In this document: piece by piece, positions 18,555 to 27,415 of the stretch
Layout of the letters: each line of letters starts with the position of its first letter
How positions within the stretch are numbered: the first letter of the stretch is position 1
NCBI GenBank assembly: GCA_963743505.1
Contig: CAVUPZ010000001.1
Span: 170,990-234,989, forward strand
DNA length: 64,000 nt
Reading direction: 5' to 3'
Origin: an uncultured Solirubrobacteraceae bacterium
Lineage (GTDB): Bacteria; Actinomycetota; Thermoleophilia; Solirubrobacterales; Solirubrobacteraceae
Translations under genes and position numbers: made by a program
The notes under the pieces: generated by a model
Seen by the model: only the letters and a program-made list of their open reading frames with translations
Databases searched by the model: none
Told to the model about the DNA's origin: nothing

Positions 18555-19988
18555 ATGGCGAGCACAACCAAGAGCAGGCGCGCCAGCGAGGATCTACGCC
18601 ACTTGACCGTGGCCGAGCGGGTCGAGCGGGGTAAGGCGGCCCGCGAAGCCGTCCCGCGCTCCGCCCACGCCGTGTTCGAGCCCGCCCCCGAGCGGGCGGA
18701 TCCGATCGATCTACTGGAGCGCCAGGCGGCGACACGCGTGCCCGAGCTGGTGCCGATTCGCTACGGGCGCATGCTCGTGTCCCCGTTCACGTTCTACCGC
18801 GGCGCCGCGATGATCATGGCCGGCGACCTGGCCGGGACGGCGCGATCGGGTCTGACGGTGCAGTGCTGCGGTGACGCCCACCTCTCGAACTTCGGCGTCT
18901 TCGCGTCGCCCGAGCGGCGGCTCGTGTTCGACATCAACGACTTCGACGAGACGTTGCCCGGGCCGTGGGAGTGGGACGTCAAGCGCCTGGCGGTGAGCAT
19001 GCTGATAGCCGCGCAGAACAACGGCTATGGCGTCAAGGATCAGGATCGCATCGTGCTCGAAACCGTGGCCGCCTACCGTGCCGCGATGCGCGACAACGCC
19101 GCGATGAAGAACCTCGACGTCTGGTACGCCCGGCTCGAGATCGAGCCGCGCCTCGCGGAGCTCGCGGCACAGCTCAAGGCCAAGCAGGTCAAGCGAGCCG
19201 AGAAGGTCGTCGCCAAGGCCCGCACGCGCGACAGCATGGCGGCGTTCTCGAAACTGACCCGCAAGATCGGCGGACGCACCCGGATCATCTCCGAACCGCC
19301 GCTGATCGTGCCGATCGCCGAGCTCGCCGAGGGCGCGGAGCGGGCCGCGATGTTCGACGCCCTGCACGAGCTGCTGCGTGCGTATCGCGCGACGTTGCAG
19401 CGAGACCGGCGCGTGCTGCTCGAGCAGTTCGAGCTGACCGACTTCGCCCGCAAAGTCGTCGGCGTGGGCAGCGTCGGAACGCGCGCCTGGATCGCGCTGC
19501 TGCTTGGACGCGACGGCGAGGATCCCCTGTTCCTGCAGATGAAGGAGGCCGAGGCGTCGGTGCTCGAGGAGTTCCTCGAGCCGAGCGAGTTCGACAACCA
19601 CGGCGAGCGCGTGGTGACGGGACAGCGGCTGATGCAGGCGAGCAGCGACATCTTCCTGGGCTGGGTGCACGTGGAGGCCGGGCTCGACGGGCAGGCGCGT
19701 GACTTCTACGGACGCCAGCTGAAGGATTGGAAGGGCTCCGCTGAAGTCGAGCTGATGGTTCCCGCGGCCATGACCATCTACGGACGCCTGTGCGGCTGGA
19801 CCCTCGCCCGTGCGCACGCCCGCAGCGGCGACCGCATCGCGATCGCCGCTTATCTGGGCGCCGGCGACAGCTTCGATCGGGCCGTGCTCGCGTTCTCACG
19901 GGCGTACGCGGAGCAGAACGACCGCGATTACAGGGCCCTCGCGGCGGCGGTGGCCACCGGACGCATCACGGCGGCGAGCGGGCTCTGA
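18555..19988 (+). CDS. DUF2252-domain protein
   Basis: IRYGRMLVSPFTFYRG, CGDAHLSNFG, FDINDFDE, WEWDVKRL, KVVGVGSVG, LARAHARSGD. Confidence 0.93.
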   Translation: MASTTKSRRASEDLRHLTVAERVERGKAAREAVPRSAHAVFEPAPERADPIDLLERQAATRVPELVPIRYGRMLVSPFTFYRGAAMIMAGDLAGTARSGLTVQCCGDAHLSNFGVFASPERRLVFDINDFDETLPGPWEWDVKRLAVSMLIAAQNNGYGVKDQDRIVLETVAAYRAAMRDNAAMKNLDVWYARLEIEPRLAELAAQLKAKQVKRAEKVVAKARTRDSMAAFSKLTRKIGGRTRIISEPPLIVPIAELAEGAERAAMFDALHELLRAYRATLQRDRRVLLEQFELTDFARKVVGVGSVGTRAWIALLLGRDGEDPLFLQMKEAEASVLEEFLEPSEFDNHGERVVTGQRLMQASSDIFLGWVHVEAGLDGQARDFYGRQLKDWKGSAEVELMVPAAMTIYGRLCGWTLARAHARSGDRIAIAAYLGAGDSFDRAVLAFSRAYAEQNDRDYRALAAAVATGRITAASGL

Positions 19989-20081
19989 GCGCGGCCGGGG
20001 TCGATGGGCCTCGGCGCCGCGCAGCGGGCCCCGCGCGCGGGGCTCCGCTGGTCGCCGTCGATCGGCTATGAACCGCGGTTG

Positions 20082-20735
20082 ATGCCTTCGGGAGTCCTCT
20101 CTCTGGCGCTCGCCGCGTCGATCTATCCGCCCGCGCTCGCGGCCGTCATCGCCCTCGGTCGGGGAGTCGACGTGCGGCTGCGGGTGCTCCTGTTGGTGCT
20201 CGCCGGACTGCTCACGGTCTTTCTGACCGGGGCGCTGATGCTGGTTCTGTTCAACGAACTGGGTGTGACGAGCAGACAGCAGCGCACAGCCAGCGCAGGG
20301 CTCTACATCGCCGCTGGGGTCGTCCTCGCGCTGCTCGCGTTGCGGCTCAACAGGGCGGCCCCCACCGCGCCCAAGCCGGAGCGGGGTCCGTCGAAGACGG
20401 CCCGCTACCTCGAGAGCCGTCGGCTGGTGCTCGTGCTCGGGATCGTCCTGTACGTGGTCCCTTCGCCGATCTACGTCGGGGCCGTCAAGTCGATCGCCGA
20501 TGCCAAGGCTTCGACCGCGCAGGAGCTCCGCTACCTCGCGCTGACGGCCGTTGTGATGCTCTGGATGATCGAGGTCCCGGGCGTGCTGCTGGTGGCCTTC
20601 CCGGCTCGAACGACCGTCGCCCTAGCGAACATCAACGGCTGGTTCGCCCGCCACGGCAGGCGCGTCGGCGTGATCGCCGCGGCAGGAGTGGCGGCGTACC
20701 TGATCGCCATCGGTGTGCTCGAAGCGCTCAACTGA
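20082..20735 (+). CDS. GAP/Sap-family membrane protein
   Basis: LAASIYPPALAAVI, TM helices, LANINGWFARHG. Confidence 0.75.
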   Translation: MPSGVLSLALAASIYPPALAAVIALGRGVDVRLRVLLLVLAGLLTVFLTGALMLVLFNELGVTSRQQRTASAGLYIAAGVVLALLALRLNRAAPTAPKPERGPSKTARYLESRRLVLVLGIVLYVVPSPIYVGAVKSIADAKASTAQELRYLALTAVVMLWMIEVPGVLLVAFPARTTVALANINGWFARHGRRVGVIAAAGVAAYLIAIGVLEALN

Positions 20736-20755
20736 GGACGCGCCCTGCGTGCGTT

Positions 20756-20772
20756 TCACTCGCAACGGGTGA
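20756..20772 (+). promoter_or_regulatory. 17-bp box TCACTC-GCAAC-GGGTGA with -10 CAGAGT 22 nt downstream
   Basis: Read directly; upstream of the 20822 gene. Confidence 0.7.
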
Positions 20773-20821
20773 TGCGTGCTCGCGCTGGCTGGCGCAGAGT
20801 GGGTTGCATGCAGGAGATCAA

Positions 20822-21259
20822 GTGAGCTCCGCCGAGCCGCCATTCGCGGGGCAGCCCGGCGGCGAGGGCCAACAGGGCGAGCCCGGCCAAGCCGGCGAAG
20901 GCTACGGACGGCCGGGGCCCGGCCCACAGGAGCCGCAAGGCCCCCGGCGACGCAATGGTTGGGTGTGGGCGCTCGTGATCGGGGTCCTCGTGATCGCCGT
21001 CGTGGTGGTTGTGATCGTGGCGAACAACAACTCGAGCAAGCCCTCCACGGTGCTCAACCAGCAGACCACCTCGACGGTCAACAACGTCGGCGTGACCGTG
21101 CAGAACAAGACGCCGACGGTCACGAACACGGTGACGGCGCCCGCGAAGACCGTCACGACGCCACCCACGACCGTATCGGTGCCCACGCCGTCCGTGACCG
21201 CCCCAGCTCACGCCGGCACGACCCCGGTGCCGGCCGCGCCGACGACGACGACGCCGTAG
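20822..21259 (+). CDS. Single-pass membrane protein with Thr/Pro-rich tail
   Basis: RBS AGGAG then GTG; WVWALVIGVLVIAVVVVVIV followed by a T/P-rich region. Confidence 0.72.
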   Translation: MSSAEPPFAGQPGGEGQQGEPGQAGEGYGRPGPGPQEPQGPRRRNGWVWALVIGVLVIAVVVVVIVANNNSSKPSTVLNQQTTSTVNNVGVTVQNKTPTVTNTVTAPAKTVTTPPTTVSVPTPSVTAPAHAGTTPVPAAPTTTTP

Positions 21260-21281
21260 ATCGATGGGGGCGTGACGGCGC

Positions 21282-21653
21282 ATGGAATGGGTCGCCCTCG
21301 GTCTCTGGCTGTTCGTCGTGATGCTCGCCCTGCCGCTCGGCCTCGGCGCCCTCTACGGCAGGTTCTCGTTCGCACTACAGGCGCTGGCGGCAGCCTGCGG
21401 CTTCGGCCTCGTGCTCCTCTACATCGTCCTGGAAGGGCAGTCGTGGCTCGCGTGGGCCGCGGTCGGAGTGGGCGCGGTGGGGTCGCTCGTGGTGTTGGTC
21501 GCTGCGCGCAACCTGATCTCGGGCGGCGATGCGGCGGTGCGGATGAAGGCCTCCACGGAAGAGCTTGTCGCCACCCTCGCCGGGGTGGAGCTGCCGCTGT
21601 TCGTCACGGCGGCACTGCTCACCGTGCTGGTCGCCCTCGGGATCGGGACCTGA
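21282..21653 (+). CDS. Small multi-pass membrane protein
   Basis: 123-aa hydrophobic ORF with GC3-biased codons. Confidence 0.7.
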   Translation: MEWVALGLWLFVVMLALPLGLGALYGRFSFALQALAAACGFGLVLLYIVLEGQSWLAWAAVGVGAVGSLVVLVAARNLISGGDAAVRMKASTEELVATLAGVELPLFVTAALLTVLVALGIGT

Positions 21654-21716
21654 CCTCACCCCGACGTGATCGCCGGGATGTCGGGTGCGGTCGGGCTCGG
21701 TGCTGCGCGGCCCGGG

Positions 21717-22238
21717 TCACGTCTTGGCGGTGGTCATCGCGTCGAAGCGTTCGTCGATGTGGGTCTTGAGGTCGGCGATGCCGCCGGCCGTGCGGATGTC
21801 GAGCAGGTCGATCACCTTCTCGGCATCCTCAAAGGTCTTCGCCGCGCGGGCGTCGCTGGCCACGGACTGGACGCGCTGGCCGACCATGATGATGCTGAGC
21901 AGGACGAGCTGGATGAATGTCTGTGCGATCCAGGCGACGATCAGGATCAGACCCTCGTTGTTGAAGAAGTGGGGGACGTCGCTCGCCGGGATCACGTTGG
22001 CCTGGATCAGGATCTCCGGCAGGCTGATCAGCGCGATCAGGCAGAACAGGTACGCGCACGCCATCGTGCCGACGCCCTGCGTGATCAGGACGGCGACCTT
22101 CGCGTTGAAGCCCTCGGCCTCGCTGACTGCGCGCTTGATCCTGCGCGGGTTGAACTTCACGACGGTCGTCAGGTGATCGCGTGTGTGTGCGTGGACGGGC
22201 AGACCGTCGGCCACCCCGTATTTCGGTTGCGCGCTCAT
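21717..22238 (-). CDS. DUF1003-like membrane protein
   Basis: FNAKVAVLITQGVGTMACAY...WIAQTFIQLVLLSIIMVGQ; RBS GAAGGGAAG. Confidence 0.75.
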   Translation of the reverse strand: MSAQPKYGVADGLPVHAHTRDHLTTVVKFNPRRIKRAVSEAEGFNAKVAVLITQGVGTMACAYLFCLIALISLPEILIQANVIPASDVPHFFNNEGLILIVAWIAQTFIQLVLLSIIMVGQRVQSVASDARAAKTFEDAEKVIDLLDIRTAGGIADLKTHIDERFDAMTTAKT

Positions 22239-22355
22239 AGGCTTCCCTTCGCTCGATTGCCATCGCACTGAGGTTGACGGCTGCACGAGGGGTTCGCGGC
22301 GGGTGCGTCCAGGTCCTGCCGTCGCAGACGTGCCAGCATGTGGGAGGGATCCACG

Positions 22356-23606
22356 ATGACCGCCCCTGCGCACACGCCCGCGGCCGAGGTCGCCAGCAAG
22401 CTGGAGGCGACCCTGCGGGAGGTGTGCGAGCGCCTCGCGCCGCTCGACCGGACGCCGTGCTCGCCCGGCGAGCGCGAGGCGGCCGTCTGGATCGGCCGGC
22501 GGCTCGGACGGGCGGGGGCGAGCGAGGTGGCGCTCGAGGACGAGCCGAGCTGGGGTACGTTCCCGCCGACGGCGCTGGCGATGGGCGCGCTGGGGGCGCT
22601 CGGCGCCGCGATGGTCCTCGCGGGCCGCAGGTACACCGGTGCCCTGATGGGGCTCGCATCGCTCGCCGGGGTGCTCGACGAGGCCGAGAACGGTCCGCGT
22701 CTGGTGCGCCGGGCCCTCAGGCGTCGGCGCTCGACCGTGAACGTGACGGCTCACGCCGGCGAGCGCGACGCCGAGCGCACGCTGATCGTGCTCGCCCATC
22801 ACGACGCCGCCCAGACCGGGCGGATCTTCGACCAGGGTCTTCAGCATGCGATCGACAGGCGCTTCCCCGGGATGCTGCGCCGGGTCAAGCATCAGCCGCC
22901 GCAGTGGTGGATCGGGGCTGCCGCGCCGGCGTTCGCGATCGCCGCCACCGTGAGCGGGCGGCGGCGGCTGGCGCTCGGCGGCGTCGTGTTGGGAGCGCTC
23001 GCCTGCGCGGTGATCGCGGACATCATGCGCAGCCCGACCGTCCCGGGTGCCAACGACAACCTCTCCGGCGTCGCGGTCCTCGTCGCGCTCGCCGAGCTGC
23101 TGCGGGAGCGCCCGCCGGCCGGGCTACGGGTCCTGCTCGTCTCCGCGGGCGCCGAGGAGACCCTCCAGGACGGCATCCGGGCGTGGGTTCTGCGTCATCG
23201 CGGCGAGCTCGATCCGGACGCGACGTGGATCCTGAACCTGGACAGTGTCGGTTCGCCCCGTCTGATCATGCTCGAGGCCGAGGGGCCGTTCCTGATGCGC
23301 CCCTACCGGGATCCGTCGTTCCGGGACCTGGTTGAGCGGTGCGCCCGAGCCGAGGGGATCGCCCTCGAGCGCGGCTTCAAGGCACGCTCCTCGACCGACA
23401 CGGTGATCACCAGCCGCGCCGGGTACCCGAGCGCCTGCCTGGTGTCGCTGAACGAGTGGCAGATGATGTCCAACTACCACCTGATGAGCGACCTGCCGGA
23501 GAACCTCGACTACGGGACGATCGCGCAGGCCACCCGCCTGGCGCATTCGCTCGTGAGGGCGCTCGCGGCGCCAGCCGGCTCCGGGGAGTCCCCGGGCGCG
23601 AGCTGA
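22356..23606 (+). CDS. M28-family zinc peptidase with membrane helices
   Basis: AHHD, PGANDNLSG, GAEE, NLD, NYH metal-ligand motifs. Confidence 0.87.
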   Translation: MTAPAHTPAAEVASKLEATLREVCERLAPLDRTPCSPGEREAAVWIGRRLGRAGASEVALEDEPSWGTFPPTALAMGALGALGAAMVLAGRRYTGALMGLASLAGVLDEAENGPRLVRRALRRRRSTVNVTAHAGERDAERTLIVLAHHDAAQTGRIFDQGLQHAIDRRFPGMLRRVKHQPPQWWIGAAAPAFAIAATVSGRRRLALGGVVLGALACAVIADIMRSPTVPGANDNLSGVAVLVALAELLRERPPAGLRVLLVSAGAEETLQDGIRAWVLRHRGELDPDATWILNLDSVGSPRLIMLEAEGPFLMRPYRDPSFRDLVERCARAEGIALERGFKARSSTDTVITSRAGYPSACLVSLNEWQMMSNYHLMSDLPENLDYGTIAQATRLAHSLVRALAAPAGSGESPGAS

Positions 23607-23619
23607 CGTCCATCCGCGC

Positions 23620-24912
23620 TCACAGGAAGGCCTTGCCCTCGCCGCGGTAGGTTGGGAGCTCGCCGACGACCGATGAGCCGCGCAGGAGATACAGGCGCTC
23701 GAAGCGCTCGCACAGCTCACCCGCCTTCGTGTGCCTGAAGTAGACCTTCTCGCCGATTCGGAGCCGGTCTGCGGCGGGGCCCTTCAGCGGTGTCTGCACC
23801 TCGCCCGCACCCTCGAGCGGGTCGAGCTTCAATCCTGTCGGGAGGTAGGGGGTGGGCATCCGGTCTCGACCGCCCGCGCCGGAGGCGGCGTAGCCGCCGC
23901 CGAGCGCGGTCACGATCCCGGGACCGGGGCGCCGGCAGACCGGCTGGGCGAAGATCGCGGCGGGCTCCAGTGAGAAGGCGCTGTAGTTGTCGAACAGGGT
24001 GGGGGCGTAGAAACCCGAGCCGGCGCTCGCCTCGGTGATCGCGGGCTCGGTGGCGACGCGCTCGAGGTCGCCGGTGCCGCCCGCGTTGACGAACTCGAGC
24101 TCGCACACGCTCGAGACCTGCGCGACGGCCTGCGCGCGGCGATCGCGAAGCTCCTCGTAGGAGGCGCGCTGGATCCGCCGGATCAGGGCGCTCTTGGCAG
24201 GGTTCCCGCGGACGACGTCGCCGACGCCCGCGATGTGACCCTCGTAGCACATCATCCCGACCAGCTTCAGTGACGAGCGGGCGGCAATCGCGCGGGCGAG
24301 CTGCAGCGCCTGCGAGGGCGAGTGGACGGGGGTGCGCTTGGGGCCGACCTTCAGCCGCCGGCCCCCGAGCCAGAGCGAGGCGTCGAAGTCCAGGCACACG
24401 CGCAGAGGGGCCTCTGGACTGCCGACCGCGGCGTCGATCAGGTCGAGGTGCTCGACCGAGTCGACCATCACGACCGGGGCCGTGTCGGGGTGCTCCGCGG
24501 TGCGGGCCGCGAGCGCGCGCAACGCGGCCCGGTCCGTGCTCGGATACGCGACGAGGACGTCCTCGAAGCCGTTGTCCGCCAGCCACAGAGCCTCCGGGAG
24601 CGTGAAGCTCAGCACCCCGCGGTAGCGCTCGTCTGAGCCGAGGACATCGCGGATCAGCTCCCGGCAGCGCAGGGACTTGGATGCAACGCGGATCGGCTTG
24701 GCGCCCGCGCGGGCGAGCATCGCGGCCGAGTTCGACCACATCGCGTCGAGATCGACGAAGGCGAAGGGCCCGTCGAGGTGAGCGAACGCCTGCTCGTAGC
24801 GGCGCATGCGCCCCACGGGGGTGAGCTCGGCGGCCTCGCCGCCCGAGGCGGTTGGCCGCGCGGCGCCGGCCGGGCCCTCGGCCGCGGGCGCGCGGGTTTC
24901 GAGGTCGCTCAT
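23620..24912 (-). CDS. PLP fold-type III enzyme (alanine racemase/D-serine dehydratase-like)
   Basis: FAFVDLDA, KPIRVASKSLR (PLP Lys), MCYEGHIAG, VNAGGTG, FRHTKAGE. Confidence 0.88.
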   Translation of the reverse strand: MSDLETRAPAAEGPAGAARPTASGGEAAELTPVGRMRRYEQAFAHLDGPFAFVDLDAMWSNSAAMLARAGAKPIRVASKSLRCRELIRDVLGSDERYRGVLSFTLPEALWLADNGFEDVLVAYPSTDRAALRALAARTAEHPDTAPVVMVDSVEHLDLIDAAVGSPEAPLRVCLDFDASLWLGGRRLKVGPKRTPVHSPSQALQLARAIAARSSLKLVGMMCYEGHIAGVGDVVRGNPAKSALIRRIQRASYEELRDRRAQAVAQVSSVCELEFVNAGGTGDLERVATEPAITEASAGSGFYAPTLFDNYSAFSLEPAAIFAQPVCRRPGPGIVTALGGGYAASGAGGRDRMPTPYLPTGLKLDPLEGAGEVQTPLKGPAADRLRIGEKVYFRHTKAGELCERFERLYLLRGSSVVGELPTYRGEGKAFL

Positions 24913-26231
24913 CCGTCCGCCGCAGCCACGAGGGCCTGCCCGAGCACGCGCCGGGCGTGGTCGTTGGCGAACACGCCCTCCGGGTCCAGCCGCGCGCGGA
25001 CGGCTTGGAAGCGGTCCCATTGCGGGTAGAGACCGGCCAGCGTGGCGGCCGTCTGGTAGTGGCGCTTACCCCAGTGCGGACGGCCGTCGTAGTCGTCCAT
25101 GATCCGCTCGACGGCACGAAAGTAGGTCTCGAACTCCATGCCGTGATACTGGTGCACCGCGATGTAACAGGTCTCCCGGCCGTGGGCGGTCGAGAGGAAC
25201 GCATCGTCGCCCGCCGAGAAGCGGACCTCGAGCGGGAACAGGATCGGCAGGCGCCGGCGCGGGACGAGATCGAGCACCCGCTCGATCGCCTGCCGCGCGT
25301 GCGCCCGCGGGATCGCGTACTCCATCTCGGTGAAGCGGACCGAGCGTGTGGTCGCGTAGACGCGGTAGGCGTGATCCTCCACCTCGCTGGGGGACATCGC
25401 CGAGGCGATCAGGTTGTCCAGCCTCGGCGCGAGCCGCGGGAGGGCCCGCCCGAGACGACACACCGCTCCCAGCGCCCGGTTCTCGAGCACCTCCTCCTGG
25501 AGGTGTCGGCGCCATCGGGGAGGGGGGCTCGGTTGCTCGCGACTGCGTCGCATCCGACGTGTGAGGGCGGTCTGCGTGTACGGGAACACGAAGAACTCGA
25601 AGTGGTCGTTGCCGTCGACGTGCTCGTCGAGGCGGGCGAGCGTCTGTGCGAGCGGAGCAGGTTCATCCCGACGGTGAAGGGTGTAGAGCGGGACGCACTG
25701 GACCGTCAGCGCGCTGATCACACCGAGCGCTCCGAGCGAGACTCGCGCAGCGAGGTAGGCGTCGCGATCGGTCTGCTCCGAGAGCTCGATCACCTCGCCG
25801 CCTGCGGTCACGAGCCGGATGCCGATCACCCGCGCCGAGAGGTTCTGCAGCAGAGCGCCCGTGCCGTGCGTGGCCGTCGAGATCGCGCCCGCGAGCGACT
25901 GGCGGTCGATGTCCCCTTGGTTCTCCAGGGCAAGCCCCCGGCGCGCCAGCTCCCGGCCGAGTGTGTGCAGCTTGATTCCGGCCTCGACCGTGGCGCGGGC
26001 CGTCGAGGGGTCCACGTCGAGCACCCTCTGCATGCCCGACATGTCGATCATGACCCCGTCGGTGCAGGCGCAGTCGGAGAACGAATGCCCGGAGCCGACG
26101 GCGCGCACCGTCTGCCCCCGCGCCCTCGCCGCCGCGACGATCGCGGCGAGCGCGTCCTCGTCGGCGGGGCGCTCGATGACCGCTGGGCTGCAGACCTGCT
26201 CGCCGGCCCAGTTCGTCCAGATGGCAGGCAT
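24909..26231 (-). CDS. FAD-linked sugar-1,4-lactone oxidase (ALO/GULO family)
   Basis: WTNWAG, VGSGHSF, GAISTATHGTG, FTEMEY, GRPHWGK, DPEGVFAN. Confidence 0.92.
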   Translation of the reverse strand: MPAIWTNWAGEQVCSPAVIERPADEDALAAIVAAARARGQTVRAVGSGHSFSDCACTDGVMIDMSGMQRVLDVDPSTARATVEAGIKLHTLGRELARRGLALENQGDIDRQSLAGAISTATHGTGALLQNLSARVIGIRLVTAGGEVIELSEQTDRDAYLAARVSLGALGVISALTVQCVPLYTLHRRDEPAPLAQTLARLDEHVDGNDHFEFFVFPYTQTALTRRMRRSREQPSPPPRWRRHLQEEVLENRALGAVCRLGRALPRLAPRLDNLIASAMSPSEVEDHAYRVYATTRSVRFTEMEYAIPRAHARQAIERVLDLVPRRRLPILFPLEVRFSAGDDAFLSTAHGRETCYIAVHQYHGMEFETYFRAVERIMDDYDGRPHWGKRHYQTAATLAGLYPQWDRFQAVRARLDPEGVFANDHARRVLGQALVAAADG

Positions 26232-26328
26232 CCGCAGCCATTGTGACCGGTCTGTCGGAGCCGGGCCTCCGTGCTCGACGCCACGACTCGGGCTAAGGTC
26301 AGGACCGTCCCCGACACCAGGAGGAGTC

Positions 26329-26766
26329 ATGTCCACCAGCACGTCGTTGCAGGAGCTGCGGCTGGCGATCGTGCGCGAGCACATGCAGTCCGAGAACGAG
26401 CTTCGTTTCGAGGACACGCTCGAGACGTTCGCCCATCCTCGGTACGAGCTGATCGCCACCGGCGAGACGTATGACGGCGCCGAAGAGGTCGCGGAGTACT
26501 ACCGGTCCTCCCGAAACGCGTTCCCGGATCAGCGCAACGAGAACGTGGTGCTGCACGCCGCCGAGGATGCCGTGATCGCCGAGTTCGACCTGCTCGGGAC
26601 GATGAAGGGCGAGCTCCGAGGCGTGCCGCCGAGCGGCAGGAGCTTTCGCTGCCGCATGTGCGCGCTGTTCATCTTCGAGCCCGGAAGTGAGAAGATCGTG
26701 GGGGAGCGCGTCTACTTCGATCAGGCGACGATCGCCCAACAGATCTTCGCGGACGGCCAGAGCTGA
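26329..26766 (+). CDS. SnoaL-like ester cyclase/NTF2-fold protein
   Basis: IVREHMQSEN...AFPDQR...PPSGRSF...ERVYFD; RBS AGGAG. Confidence 0.87.
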   Translation: MSTSTSLQELRLAIVREHMQSENELRFEDTLETFAHPRYELIATGETYDGAEEVAEYYRSSRNAFPDQRNENVVLHAAEDAVIAEFDLLGTMKGELRGVPPSGRSFRCRMCALFIFEPGSEKIVGERVYFDQATIAQQIFADGQS

Positions 26767-26819
26767 CGATGGTCGGGGCGGCAGGACGGAGCCGCGCCGG
26801 CGCGTGCCGTTGCGGTGGG

Positions 26820-27224
26820 CTAGGAGGGCCGAGGGCGTTCCTGGTCGCTCTTCTGGCGTTGCTCCACGATCGCCTGAAGCTGACCGCCGACCTCGGCGGA
26901 GATGCGCTTGAGGTCCCATTTGCTGAGGGTGATCAGGCGCATCGATGAGGTCGCGACGACGTCGGCCATGCGCCGTGCGCCGGCGAGCACCCCCATCTCC
27001 CCGAACACGTCCCCCGGTCCCAATGATGCGATCACCTCGCCGTCCTTGATGACGTCGGCGGTGCCGCTCTCGATGACGATCAGGTCGTAGGAGTAATCCC
27101 CCTCGTGCACGAGCCGCTTGCCGGAGGACACCGAGGTCTCGGTGGCGAACACGGCCACCGTGTTGAGAGCCTTCTCGGACAGCGACGAGAACAGCGGAAT
27201 GGCCTTCAGATGATCGGCATCCAT
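26820..27224 (-). CDS. Stand-alone cyclic-nucleotide-binding domain protein
   Basis: LKAIPLFSSL, IESGTADV, LGPGDVFGEMGVL...RRMADVVA. Confidence 0.88.
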   Translation of the reverse strand: MDADHLKAIPLFSSLSEKALNTVAVFATETSVSSGKRLVHEGDYSYDLIVIESGTADVIKDGEVIASLGPGDVFGEMGVLAGARRMADVVATSSMRLITLSKWDLKRISAEVGGQLQAIVEQRQKSDQERPRPS

Positions 27225-27415
27225 GGCTTCCCTACTTTCGCGATGGCGGTGGAAAAGGCAGACCGGCGAGACCCGAGCCGGGAGGGGCGCGCGGATGATG
27301 GGCACCCTACCGCCCGCGCTCGCTCGCAAGCAGGCCGAGGAGCCCCGCGCCTGGGACCGGGGCGAGGGTCGACAGCCGAGCCCCGAGCGGCGGGGACTCC
27401 GGTGGCAAACTGGCA

